The position numbers and the translations under genes are program-made. Shown piece after piece: positions 50,397 to 61,078 of a DNA stretch of 64,000 bases. The stretch comes from a virus (Duplodnaviria; Caudoviricetes), in the IMG/VR virus record IMGVR_UViG_3300020046_005360; one strand, 5' to 3'. The first letter of the stretch is position 1, and the number at the start of each line of letters is the position of its first letter. A model generated the notes under the pieces. That model ran no database searches. It saw only the letters and a list, made by a program, of their open reading frames with translations, and was not told the origin of the DNA.

Positions 50397-50957
50397 TTAT
50401 TTATCTTTTAATTTTTCAAGGTGATCTAAATCTTGTGATGTTCCAGCAAAGTTAACTAATTCAAACCAAGATATAAGTTGGTCATCTGATAATTTAGTAT
50501 CAGGATATTCATAAACAACATTAAATAATAATGAATAATCAATAACTCTATATTGAGCCATATCATCTAAGTCATTATAAAAATATTCTACCCCATCGAC
50601 TAATAATCCAAATTCTCCTTTATAAAATTCTTCAATAGTTTTTAAACGTTGCTTACCATCAATAATTTTATAAGTTGTAACTCTATCTTTATGTGATAAT
50701 GAGTCATCTTGGTACACAACTATTGCAAAGTTTGGAATTTGAAGTTCTTTCATTAATGAAACAATTAGTGAACGTTTTTGTTCAATTGTCCACACAAAAT
50801 CTCTTTGAAGATTTTTACCATTTGATAATTTAATATCATAATCTATAACATATCTATATTTTGGATCAAAAAGCCTTCTGGCAGAATGACTTGTAGCAGA
50901 TTGTATGTTAAGTTTATATTTTGGTTCAAATGCTTTAGTTGATAATTTGTTTTTCAT
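50397..50957 (-). CDS. DUF262 (ParB-like) domain protein
   Basis: QRDFVW, IIDGKQRL.T, F..VN..G. Confidence 0.8.
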   Translation of the reverse strand: MKNKLSTKAFEPKYKLNIQSATSHSARRLFDPKYRYVIDYDIKLSNGKNLQRDFVWTIEQKRSLIVSLMKELQIPNFAIVVYQDDSLSHKDRVTTYKIIDGKQRLKTIEEFYKGEFGLLVDGVEYFYNDLDDMAQYRVIDYSLLFNVVYEYPDTKLSDDQLISWFELVNFAGTSQDLDHLEKLKDK

Positions 50958-50959
50958 AA

Positions 50960-51865
50960 CTATTTATTATTTATAATTCTTGAACAAAGACCTAGAAAAC
51001 ATATTTGTTTATCTGGACTAGTAGTACTTTGGAATGCGCTTTCTGCAATATACCAAGGATCAATTGAATTATTTGACCAATCATCTAAACGTTCCGATAG
51101 AAGTACGTATAATTCTGTATAGTCACGAAGTTGAAGATCAATTACTATTTTTCTTATTTTATTTAGATTTTTTGATTTAAGGTATCCAATTAATTCATCA
51201 CTTACTTTGCTTATATTTGAAGATGAATCAGTAACAATCAATTCGCCTGATTTAGAAAATGATTGTAATTTGATTAATGTTTGACGATTATCAGGATAGC
51301 AAATATTTACCACTTTAGCTATGTCTTTTAAATCGTATTTTATTTGTTCTTGTTCAAGAATATCTTTACATTTTTTAGCTAGTTCTTGTTTTGTAGGAGG
51401 GTGTAATTCATATCTCTCTAATCTAGATTGAATCGGTTCCAACATTCTTTCGAAATAGTTACAAGTAAATATAAAACGAGTATTTAATGAAAATGTTTCA
51501 ATTGTATTACGTAATGCGGATTGAGCATTTGCTGTAAGGAAATCTGCTTCATCTAATATAATAATTTTAACAGGTTTAAATGATGCAGATGAAGCAAATG
51601 AATTTACTTTTTCACGAATAGTTTCGATACCATTTTCACTTGATGCATTTATATACAGAGAATCGCAATCAATACAGTTTACTATCAACTTAGCACTCGT
51701 AGTTTTACCACAACCAGCTTTACCACTAAGAATTATATTGGGTATTGTTCCTTCTTGTATCCACCTTTCTAAATCTTTTCTATAATTTTCATTACCTATA
51801 TAGCCATCCAGAGTGTTAGGACGATAACGTTCAGTCCAGAGATAATGCATTGGGTTCATTTCCAT
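50960..51865 (-). CDS. clamp loader ATPase subunit (T4 gp44 / RFC-like)
   Basis: [24 protein letters not shown]. Confidence 0.93.
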   Translation of the reverse strand: MEMNPMHYLWTERYRPNTLDGYIGNENYRKDLERWIQEGTIPNIILSGKAGCGKTTSAKLIVNCIDCDSLYINASSENGIETIREKVNSFASSASFKPVKIIILDEADFLTANAQSALRNTIETFSLNTRFIFTCNYFERMLEPIQSRLERYELHPPTKQELAKKCKDILEQEQIKYDLKDIAKVVNICYPDNRQTLIKLQSFSKSGELIVTDSSSNISKVSDELIGYLKSKNLNKIRKIVIDLQLRDYTELYVLLSERLDDWSNNSIDPWYIAESAFQSTTSPDKQICFLGLCSRIINNK

Positions 51866-52130
51866 AATCTAATTTATCTTTTTTAATATCACGATTTACT
51901 TTACTACATAATGGTTGAAGGTTTGTGTAATGATTTAATCTTATTACATCTTCAATACTTTTAGCTTCACTAATAGGTATTTTATGATCAATATCCCAAT
52001 CAAAATTTAATTCGCCATTATATTTACCTTTATTATCCCAAGTCATCCAAGGTTCAAATTTATTCTCTAAATATACGAAGAATTCTTCAAAAGTACAACC
52101 TAATATTTCATAAGTTCTACAATTCTTTTG
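51831..52130 (-). pseudogene. truncated remnant of WDIDH-family HNH endonuclease
   Basis: Frame reads KNCRTYEILGCTFEEF...MTWDN...WDIDHKIP but lacks the N-terminal Zn/DNA-binding part. Confidence 0.7.
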
Positions 52131-52488
52131 AAGTAAGTAATCTATGATATCTTTGACCTTCGTAACCTTTTAAATAGTTATTAAAGTAATCAGCAAAGTC
52201 TTCTTTATTGTTGAATTTTTTATGTTCATAATAAAAACCTTGCCAAGTCAATCCAACTATAAAAGATAATCTTTTTTCTTGTATAAATTCCCAATTCTTA
52301 TTATTAATAGTTCCATTTTGGATACTACCATCAGAATTACAATCCATTTGAATAATAAATTTACCCGTAAAATTTTGTACTTCTTCTGGTGTTATTTGCA
52401 TTTTCATAACTTATTTATTTTAAATTTATATTATGAATATACGAACTTTTTTCGAGAAAAACAAACCCTCTTTCGAGGGTTTTAATTT

Positions 52489-54198
52489 TTAAAATTGAGC
52501 TTCTTGTTCTTTTCTATCTTCTCTACGTTCGTATACTAGGTTGTTTGTAGTAAGGATAGTACTTGCTACTGATGCTGCATTAATCAATGCACCTTTAGTA
52601 ACTTTCATTGGATCTAAAATACCTTCTTCCTTCATATTAACAATTAACTCTGATTTAAGATTATATCCAAACCAAGGGTCATATATTTTAGTATGGTTAG
52701 ATTTTTCTAAATTTGGTTTGGTCCAAAATTTTAACGTTTCTAATCGAGTTTTACTTCTATTATATCTATTTATTCCTACTAATTTATCATACAATTCCTG
52801 TATCCTATTTATATTATACCCAGCATTTTCCAAAATTCTTTGGAAGGGGGCTGCACAAGCATCCATAATAATTTCCTGTCCTAATTTAATGTCCTTATCT
52901 TCAGATAATTCTATATTATTAAGTGCATATAATAATGCTACTCCTCCTCCAGGTAAAATACCTTCTTCCAAGGCTGATTTGGTAGCGAATAATGCATCTT
53001 CTACTCTATCTTTCTTTTCATCAATCTCTAGTTCAGAATTACCTCCAACTGAAATAATAGCTACTCCACCAATTAATCTGCCTAGACGTTCTTGTAGTTT
53101 TTCTTTTTCAAACATTGATTGACTTGAGTCAATTTGTTTTTTCAACTCTTCAGAACGTTTTTCGATGTCTTCTTGAGTACAATCACCGTCAACAATGGTA
53201 GTTTTGTCTTTAGAAACATTTACTGTACGTGCAGAACCTAAGAATTTAACAAATTGTGCTTCAGTTAATTTATCTAACTTAAATCCCTTTTCTGGGGAAA
53301 TTACCTCACCACCAACAATAATAGCTAGATCTTCCAACACTTGAGTTCTTCTATCACCATAATCAGGTGCTTTAACAGCCACTGAATTGACAATTCCTCT
53401 CATTTTATTTACAATAAGAGTAGATAGGGCTTCTCCTTCAATATCTTCTGCAATAATAAGCAATGGTTTGTTTTCAAGATTAGCTTTGTTCATTACCCCA
53501 ACAATATCAGATGCTGCTGTAATTCTACCATTATAAATTAATATTAATGGTTTTTCCAAAGTAGTAGTCATAGTATCGTTATTTGTAACGAAGTATGGTG
53601 ATTTATATCCTCTATCAAATTGCATACCTTCCACAACTTCTAATGAAGTTTCTCCAGATTTTGATTTTTCAATAGATACAATACCTTCTCTACCAACTTT
53701 CCCTATAGCAGCAGCAATCAACTCTCCAATTTCAGGATCGTTATTACCAGAAATAGTAGCAACCTCTTTAATTTGAGAATCTTCGGTAATATCCACCTTA
53801 ATTTCATTAAGATAAGTAATTACTTGTTTTACAGCATCATCAATACCTTTCTTTACTTGTACTACATTAGAACCTGCTTCTAGAGCTTTAAAACCTTCTT
53901 CAATAATAGAAGTAGCTAATAGTGTTGAAGTAGTTGTTCCATCTCCATTTTCGATGGCAGATTTAATTGCAACTTCTTTAACCATTTGAGCTCCATAGTT
54001 TTCGATTTCATTTTCTAATTCATGAAATGATTTAGCTACAGAAACTCCATCTTTAGTTGCTCTTCTTTTTCCATATTGATCTTGAATTAATACACTACGT
54101 CCAAAAGGTCCTAATGTATCCGAGACAGCAGAATTTAGTTTTTTAACACCTGCTATAATTCCTTCTTTTAATTCTTTTCCGCTTGATACGTTTGTCAT
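52489..54198 (-). CDS. groEL: chaperonin GroEL
   Basis: [34 protein letters not shown]. Confidence 0.97.
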   Translation of the reverse strand: MTNVSSGKELKEGIIAGVKKLNSAVSDTLGPFGRSVLIQDQYGKRRATKDGVSVAKSFHELENEIENYGAQMVKEVAIKSAIENGDGTTTSTLLATSIIEEGFKALEAGSNVVQVKKGIDDAVKQVITYLNEIKVDITEDSQIKEVATISGNNDPEIGELIAAAIGKVGREGIVSIEKSKSGETSLEVVEGMQFDRGYKSPYFVTNNDTMTTTLEKPLILIYNGRITAASDIVGVMNKANLENKPLLIIAEDIEGEALSTLIVNKMRGIVNSVAVKAPDYGDRRTQVLEDLAIIVGGEVISPEKGFKLDKLTEAQFVKFLGSARTVNVSKDKTTIVDGDCTQEDIEKRSEELKKQIDSSQSMFEKEKLQERLGRLIGGVAIISVGGNSELEIDEKKDRVEDALFATKSALEEGILPGGGVALLYALNNIELSEDKDIKLGQEIIMDACAAPFQRILENAGYNINRIQELYDKLVGINRYNRSKTRLETLKFWTKPNLEKSNHTKIYDPWFGYNLKSELIVNMKEEGILDPMKVTKGALINAASVASTILTTNNLVYERREDRKEQEAQF

Positions 54199-54208
54199 AT
54201 ATTTGTTT

Positions 54209-54508
54209 TTATTCTTCTATAATTGCTGCTGGTAAGTCTGTTATTCCACAAATAATGAAATCTTCTCCATCAATTTTTTGTTTTGTACTTCCCATAGGTG
54301 GTATTAATACAGTATCTCCGACTTTAAATTTACAGGGAGCTTCTTTTCCTAGATTAAAATTATATATAGGAGTTATAGCTATAATAACACCCTGTAATAA
54401 TTTGGTATTCTCCAAATCTGGTACCACGATGTTTCCATATACTTTTTCACCTTCTTCGATAGGTTTAATTATTGTTTGTCCGTAATTTGGTACTAGCCTT
54501 TTTGCCAT
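54209..54508 (-). CDS. groES: co-chaperonin GroES
   Basis: GNIVVPD, G.IIA, KVGDTVL; adjacent to groEL. Confidence 0.9.
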   Translation of the reverse strand: MAKRLVPNYGQTIIKPIEEGEKVYGNIVVPDLENTKLLQGVIIAITPIYNFNLGKEAPCKFKVGDTVLIPPMGSTKQKIDGEDFIICGITDLPAAIIEE

Positions 54509-55049
54509 TATGAAATTTGTTTTAGTTTTGTATTTAAATTATTTACTGCGTCTTTATATTCGTCTATATATTGTCTGAATGAGTAAACTTGGTTAGGTCT
54601 AAGCATTTTTTCATTTACTTGTCTTTTCATCACTGAATTAATAGCTGATTCTAATGAGGTGTAGAATCCACATTCTTTATCTTTACTTGGCTTGTTTTCT
54701 TTCATTAATGTGAAACAATCCTTACTAAGTTTGATATAGAAATCACCCAATAATGGATCTCTAATTATTGAATTTTCATCACCTTTTGGTTTAGATGGTC
54801 TACCTTTACTTCTTTTTACAGCTAATTCTTCCATAATCTTTATTTTAATTGTTTTTGTAAATGTTCTATTAATAATTTAATTCCTTCTTGATCTAAAAAC
54901 ATACTATAACTTTCATTATACTCATTGAAAGTAATCTCAACATCATCCCCACTATCTCTACTATAAACATCCAAACTTTTATTCTTACCCCATCTTAATA
55001 TAAGATTAGTATAAGTTGTATCAGGGTATAATATTTCATGACTCATAAT

Positions 55050-55772
55050 TTACTGTTTTAATGGAACAATCCAATATTGAACTTCTATTTCATCTTCCTT
55101 TGTTATTAAAGATATTACACCCATCGGATAAACATACATTTTTATATCTGAATCCTTATTGTTTGATATAATCTCTCTAAAATTAGCTACATTATATGTA
55201 AAAACAGGAATTTCATTATATATTTCTGTTGGTTGATTAAATGTAATTTTATTTGCATATCTTTCTTTTAAACCAATAGTGAATTTAAGGTTGTTAATCT
55301 TAAGTTTATCAATTTCATTTTTAATTGTGAATGTTTCAACTTTCATTAGGGCATTATGAGCCTTGATAAACCTAGTTATAAATTCTTGATCTATAGTCAA
55401 TACTATTGATGGATCAGGCATTTGATTAGATAATTTACCTTCACTAATAAGACCTAAATCACCAAGATTATAAGATAAATCAAATTGATTATCTTTTATA
55501 TCAAGTTTCATTGCTTTACCATCTTTTTCTATAACCTCTAATTCAATAGGATCATTTGTGATAGATACTAGTTTATATAATTGAGTTAAATCATATATCC
55601 CTAATTCAGAATCAACTAATTCGAATGGAGACTTAACTTTAATGATACAATCTTTTAAAGTAACAGATGCATCGATATTCAACTCATTGTCCTTAATTTT
55701 AAGTCTAATTTGTTCTGTAAGTCCACCAAGATGTACTTTTTCAATAATACTTATTAAGTGTTTTTTATTCAT
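55050..55772 (-). CDS. DNA polymerase sliding clamp (T4 gp45-like)
   Basis: Size, GIYDL..L motif and context with clamp loader and polB. Confidence 0.7.
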   Translation of the reverse strand: MNKKHLISIIEKVHLGGLTEQIRLKIKDNELNIDASVTLKDCIIKVKSPFELVDSELGIYDLTQLYKLVSITNDPIELEVIEKDGKAMKLDIKDNQFDLSYNLGDLGLISEGKLSNQMPDPSIVLTIDQEFITRFIKAHNALMKVETFTIKNEIDKLKINNLKFTIGLKERYANKITFNQPTEIYNEIPVFTYNVANFREIISNNKDSDIKMYVYPMGVISLITKEDEIEVQYWIVPLKQ

Positions 55773-55955
55773 AAAATTGTTTTTGGACGAAATGAATTAG
55801 GATCATATACGATCCTAAGATTTTCTTTATATTTTTTTATTATGTTCTTCAATAATATCCCAAATATTTATTCCTTTTATCCAACCATCATTATCATCCA
55901 CTAGTAATTCTATATTACGTCGAGATTGTATTTTATTTGGATTATTTATTTTCAT
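55769..55955 (-). pseudogene. frameshifted MKINNP-start gene (not in track)
   Basis: MKINNPNKIQSRR...; removing one A from A7 run gives a stop overlapping the clamp ATG. Confidence 0.55.
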
Positions 55956-56167
55956 CTAATATATCTAAAATTAGCACAATTAGGATAATCTGTTCTAAGT
56001 ACTACTTCAAATTTATAATCAGGAGAGAATTTATGTTCTTCAGGTTTTAATCCATATCCAGGATAACTATATTTAAATTTGTTTAATAAACAAATAATAT
56101 AATCATAATCATTTTGGTTATTTACCATAAATGGTAATGATGGTCTATTTGGATTATTAATTTTCAT
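55952..56167 (-). CDS. MK(V/I)NNP-family hypothetical protein
   Basis: MKINNPNRPSLPF. Confidence 0.65.
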   Translation of the reverse strand: MKINNPNRPSLPFMVNNQNDYDYIICLLNKFKYSYPGYGLKPEEHKFSPDYKFEVVLRTDYPNCANFRYIR

Positions 56168-56223
56168 AACTTAAATCTTGTATAGTAAATATATGATTTT
56201 CTAAATTAATATCCAAATTTATT

Positions 56224-56970
56224 TTAAAAACTTAATCTATTTCTTTTAATTTCTCGGTTTACTTTACTACAAAGAGGTTGGAAATTAGTATAATGATTTA
56301 ATCTTATTATTTCTTCCTCATTACATGCACTACTTGAAGGGGTAATATGGTCTAGGTCCCAATTTTTATTGAATTCGAGAATTCCATCTTTTGGGTCTCC
56401 TTTATTTTCCCAATTCATCCAAGGTTCGAATAAGGACTCGATATAAATTTTAAATTCTTCAAAAGTACAACCAAGTATTTCTTCGGTTCGTTTAGATTTA
56501 TAATAATCATCTCCTAAAATAGATTTTAAACTTCTCCAAATATTATATCTAATAGACTTTGTTAATTTATATTGTGGGTTTATTTTTACTTTATTATTCT
56601 CATAATCTCTTTTATTTTTCTTAACTCGTTCAGGATTACGTATATTCCATAATATACTGCGTAATTTAGCAGGTTCAGGATCATCTATATATCTCTGTTT
56701 ATTATTTTTATTTATAGTATGTTTATTTTCATTATAATAATTTCCACGATAATCGGGATTATTGTCATACCATCTATTTACTCTATCGTTATGTTCTTCT
56801 TTATTATCTAAATAATATTGAGCCCAATATTCAGATGTTTGACCCTTTCTTGAGTCTCTATACGATTTATTACAATTTTTACATTTGGTGTTATAACCAT
56901 CACCTCTAGTTTTGTCTTTTGAAAATTGATTTAAATCTTTAGTTACTTTACATAAAATACATTCTTTCAT
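56224..56970 (-). CDS. HNH/endonuclease VII-like homing endonuclease (WDLDH family)
   Basis: CILC...CKNC; MNWEN...WDLDHITP...LNHYTNFQPL. Confidence 0.85.
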   Translation of the reverse strand: MKECILCKVTKDLNQFSKDKTRGDGYNTKCKNCNKSYRDSRKGQTSEYWAQYYLDNKEEHNDRVNRWYDNNPDYRGNYYNENKHTINKNNKQRYIDDPEPAKLRSILWNIRNPERVKKNKRDYENNKVKINPQYKLTKSIRYNIWRSLKSILGDDYYKSKRTEEILGCTFEEFKIYIESLFEPWMNWENKGDPKDGILEFNKNWDLDHITPSSSACNEEEIIRLNHYTNFQPLCSKVNREIKRNRLSF

Positions 56971-56972
56971 TA

Positions 56973-57878
56973 CTATGAGAAATTAAAATAATCCGCAATA
57001 TACGAATTAAATATTGGGGATCCCCATCTTAAATCGGAATATATTTTTTCTATTTTATTATACAAAATAGAAGTAAATAGTTTATCTTTATCAATGTATT
57101 CTTCTACTAAATCTAATATGAAATCAGGATCATTAGTCCCTTTAACTGCTATTAAATCTATTTTTAATGGATTTTTCTTAAGATAAATTAAATATATTTT
57201 ATCCCCCAGTTGGATTTGAGGATACTCTTGATCTAATTTTTTAAATTTAATTAAATCATTATAAACTATGGATCCCCTACTATTCATAGGACATTTTTTA
57301 GCTAAACTAGAGAATATTTTTCCTGAAGGGGGAGGGGCTGATATATATTCCCCTATTTTCTTAACTCCAGAAGGTTTACATATATCTAACCATGGAGCTC
57401 CGTTTATAGAGTCCCTAAATTCAATAAGGAACTTATCAACTTCCGATTTAGAAGTAGAAAATAATATCTTTTTAATAATTTCAGAACCAAAACTACCAAA
57501 AAACTTAGGATAATTACTTTTTACTATATCTAAACCCATTACTACTAATTTTTCGATAGGCATACCTTCTTTATCTACTAAGAATTGAGCATAACGACGT
57601 TTTCCTGACCAATATGCTGATTGTAATATAAATTCGGGCTTTAAATCAAAATAATGGTCATCAGAATTTAATATACTTTTTGCTATAATACTTTGATAGT
57701 CATTAAGAATAGGTCTTAATTCTGTCTGTAGTGCTTTAGCTTTAGGTAAAGTATCCGGTACAGAAGTTAAATCCAAATCAGGATATAATTTTTTTAAAAT
57801 AGGTTCAAAACATATAAAGGCACTATCTGTATCAGATGCAACGATATGTTTGTTTATTTTTTGTATATCAAAATTCAT
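56973..57878 (-). CDS. family B DNA polymerase, C-terminal part (motif C, thumb)
   Basis: ASDTDS, KRRYA, GLDIVKS, GDKI. Confidence 0.92.
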   Translation of the reverse strand: MNFDIQKINKHIVASDTDSAFICFEPILKKLYPDLDLTSVPDTLPKAKALQTELRPILNDYQSIIAKSILNSDDHYFDLKPEFILQSAYWSGKRRYAQFLVDKEGMPIEKLVVMGLDIVKSNYPKFFGSFGSEIIKKILFSTSKSEVDKFLIEFRDSINGAPWLDICKPSGVKKIGEYISAPPPSGKIFSSLAKKCPMNSRGSIVYNDLIKFKKLDQEYPQIQLGDKIYLIYLKKNPLKIDLIAVKGTNDPDFILDLVEEYIDKDKLFTSILYNKIEKIYSDLRWGSPIFNSYIADYFNFS

Positions 57879-58750
57879 TATATTAATTTAAGTGCTTCAA
57901 CTAATCCTACTTCTAACGCTTCTTCATACGTTCTATAAAAACATTCTGTTGTTTTATTATGGGTCCTATGAAAAATAGTTACTGAATAAGTATTCCAACC
58001 TAACTCGTCATCATAGTAATTACATTCTACTTGAACTATAATTTTATTAACTTCTCTTAAATGTTTTTGTAATAATGATTGAGTTATTTGAAAATACCAT
58101 GGTTGATATTCTCTAGGATTATAATTAGAATTAAGATTTTTAGGATTTTCGTTATCAATAGTTAAATATGGTATTAAATCAAACCCTTTTTCTTTAGCTA
58201 AACGTGCTGTCTCAAAACTTATTAATTGCTCTTGCATAATTCTAGATTTAATGGATTATTCCAATAATTAGGTAATCCGTATTTTTTAATATTTTTACCA
58301 CCTTCCCAATTAACTCCCATTGAGTTAGGGTCTTGATATTTTGTAATAATACCCTTTAATTCAGTACCTGAATATACGACCTCTTTATGATATAACTCGT
58401 TACAATTAATACATTTTATTGAAGTCATTTTTAATTTAAGTCCTTCATTACTATACCAATTTCCATTACATAAATGAACTTTAGACACGTAAGTTCGTTC
58501 TAAGTTATTGTCTAATAGGAATAAATTAGTATCGTTAAAATAACTATTTTCTCTATATTTTAGTAAGGTTTTCAGACTCATAAATATTTATCCATTTTTG
58601 AATTATTTGGGATTAAATACCAAAAATCTTCCATACTATCCCTTTTAGTTATCACCCAATATAAAGGGTATAAACATAATGAAATTAAAAATAATATAAT
58701 AAATATTGGTAATACGACCCCTCTATAAAATACTCCTAATATAAATTTTT

Positions 58751-59437
58751 TCATTTGATATAATCTTTATATGCGATGAAATCATCATCTTTCCCAGGTT
58801 CGTCATCATCTCCAAGTCCTAAACTTTTAAGATGTTCTCTCATATGTTCATCCATATCCCATTCAACTATTCCTGTTCCTGTTTGTGGAATATGAGACTC
58901 AATGTCTTTAATTTGTTTTTTAGTGAAAACATCACCAACTGTTAAATAATAACAATTATAACAAACTAACTCTAGGTTATTTCCTCTCCAATTTCTTCTA
59001 TTTCCATCTTTGAAACTAAGGAGTAATGGAACTTTATAATCTAATATTCGAGCTTCATTAAATCCACACCTTACACATTTTTCTTCCAAAATGGCATCAA
59101 TAATCAGTCGTTCTTTGAAAGTGTTTATATCATAATTATCTATTGTAGTAATTTCACCACTTAAAATCATTCTAAGTTCACCTTTAGGTGCTCTTACATA
59201 TTGACTATATTGATTTTTTTTCTTTTTACCTTGTAAAAATTTAGGAATACCTTTACCACATTGATTTTTATGTTTTTCATATAGAGTTTTACCGGTCTCA
59301 GGGTCAAAATACAACTTAGCATAAATCATATAAGTCCAATAACTTATATTAAGGTATCGGGCTGCGGCCTTATTTGACTTAGTGACAGCCATTGCTCTAA
59401 GTATGTCTTGCTCACTCTGTGGTTTAGCTACTGGCAT
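58751..59437 (-). CDS. HTH + HNH-like protein
   Basis: AAARYLNIS HTH; CVRCG...FKDGNRRNW...NLELVCYNC. Confidence 0.7.
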   Translation of the reverse strand: MPVAKPQSEQDILRAMAVTKSNKAAARYLNISYWTYMIYAKLYFDPETGKTLYEKHKNQCGKGIPKFLQGKKKKNQYSQYVRAPKGELRMILSGEITTIDNYDINTFKERLIIDAILEEKCVRCGFNEARILDYKVPLLLSFKDGNRRNWRGNNLELVCYNCYYLTVGDVFTKKQIKDIESHIPQTGTGIVEWDMDEHMREHLKSLGLGDDDEPGKDDDFIAYKDYIK

Positions 59438-60103
59438 TATTTCTTAATTTGTTCAAACCAATCCTTAAAGGATGGTTTATCATTATTCGGGTTTTCACCA
59501 TGTAAGTTTAATCTATAATCTAAAAATTCATCAAAATAACCCCTTTTATCAGATATAAAAAGAGTAGATATTTCATCTAATGTATAACTTCTTTCAGCCT
59601 GCCATTTAACACCTGCTATAAAACCTAATTCATATCCATACATTTGATTTGGAGTTGTCTTTCTATATCGTTTAGCGGCTTTTTCTAATTCTTTCATAAC
59701 TATTTTTGTTTTACTATTTCGATTAATTTACGGAGACATGATAATTCTGCTTCTTCATAAGTTTTCCATTGTTGGTTTGGATTATTATTTTCCCAATCTA
59801 TTTCAGAATAAATAATATAATCATACCAAGAAGTTTCTGTTGTTTTTCCACCTTTAAAAATTGGATAACCTATTATATGGTATTTTTCTCTAAACCATCT
59901 AAAAGCTTGTTGATAAAGAGGAGATGAAATATAGTCTTTATTAAAATTAACTAGTTGTAAATTTCTTCTTATACTACCTTGCTTGTTAAAGTATGTAAAA
60001 CATTGTTCATCAAAACCTAATTCTTTAAGTGCTAGTGCTTCTTTGTAAGGTATAAATTCTTTTTCCATAACTTTCTTATTTGAGTAAATATACGAATTTT
60101 ATT

Positions 60104-61036
60104 TTAGGAATCCAATAAACCTTTTAAAATTAGATTTATATTACTGAATTCAATATATGCTATTCTAATTAATCCTATATTATTATCTTTACAGAATTGG
60201 TTTTTAATTTGATCTAATCTTATTTGTTTATCTAGAGCTTTTTGACCTCCAAAAAATTTAACAGGGATAGTATGTAATTGACCATCATATTCTACACAAA
60301 TGTTTTGTTTAGGGAGATAGAAATCAAATTTTAATTTATGGTTAGTTTCAGGATTAATACATTTATCGAATTTTTTCTGTGTTTCATATTTAATATTATT
60401 CTCTTTTAAGAATAATTCAACACTTTCTTCCCCTTTACTATTATTACATTTAGGACATCTTTGTCCAAATAAATGGTTACTTATTTGTTGTTTAAACCAA
60501 CCATGTTTTGGACATTTTATTCTAAATCCAGGATCATAATATCCTTTATAAGAGTCCCAATCATATTCGAAATCATGACCTAAGTTAAACACTTTTTCTT
60601 TTATATTATCAAGAGTTAAAGAGTTTCGTCCATAAACGGCACACTTAGGACATTCATGTTTTGGATGTATATGATTAGTCCATAGTTGTTTAAAAATTCC
60701 ATGATCTTTACATATTATCGGAACTACAGTATCAGTTTTAAAATCTTTAGTTATTAATGAGTAGTCATATTTAAAATTATGAATTCGATTAGCTTGAGTT
60801 ATTTTTTCTAAATACGTTAACTTATGACCTTTACATTTAGGACATTTAGACTTTTTATTTATATGATTATCTAATGAAACTTCCCAAACCCCATGTTCTT
60901 TGCATATAATGGGATATTTTTTCATTACACCTTCATACTCTTTTATTAAAGAATAATCATATTCACCATGAATTGTATTTGCCTTATTAATAAAATATTC
61001 CAAACCCATTCCTTTTTTTAAAAACTTAGTAGCCAT
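60104..61036 (-). CDS. homing-type endonuclease: CxxH/CPKC repeats + PD-(D/E)XK (Vsr-like) domain
   Basis: IIC..HG.....H....CPKC x3; FDFYLP...EYDG..H. Confidence 0.85.
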   Translation of the reverse strand: MATKFLKKGMGLEYFINKANTIHGEYDYSLIKEYEGVMKKYPIICKEHGVWEVSLDNHINKKSKCPKCKGHKLTYLEKITQANRIHNFKYDYSLITKDFKTDTVVPIICKDHGIFKQLWTNHIHPKHECPKCAVYGRNSLTLDNIKEKVFNLGHDFEYDWDSYKGYYDPGFRIKCPKHGWFKQQISNHLFGQRCPKCNNSKGEESVELFLKENNIKYETQKKFDKCINPETNHKLKFDFYLPKQNICVEYDGQLHTIPVKFFGGQKALDKQIRLDQIKNQFCKDNNIGLIRIAYIEFSNINLILKGLLDS

Positions 61037-61078
61037 AAATCCTATTTAATTGTGTGGCTATAAATATACGAAAAAGAA

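Noticed and set aside
52066-52080. Promoter motif match aaatatacgaa
   Set aside because: Falls within the coding frame of the HNH remnant (FVYLE); probably coincidental.
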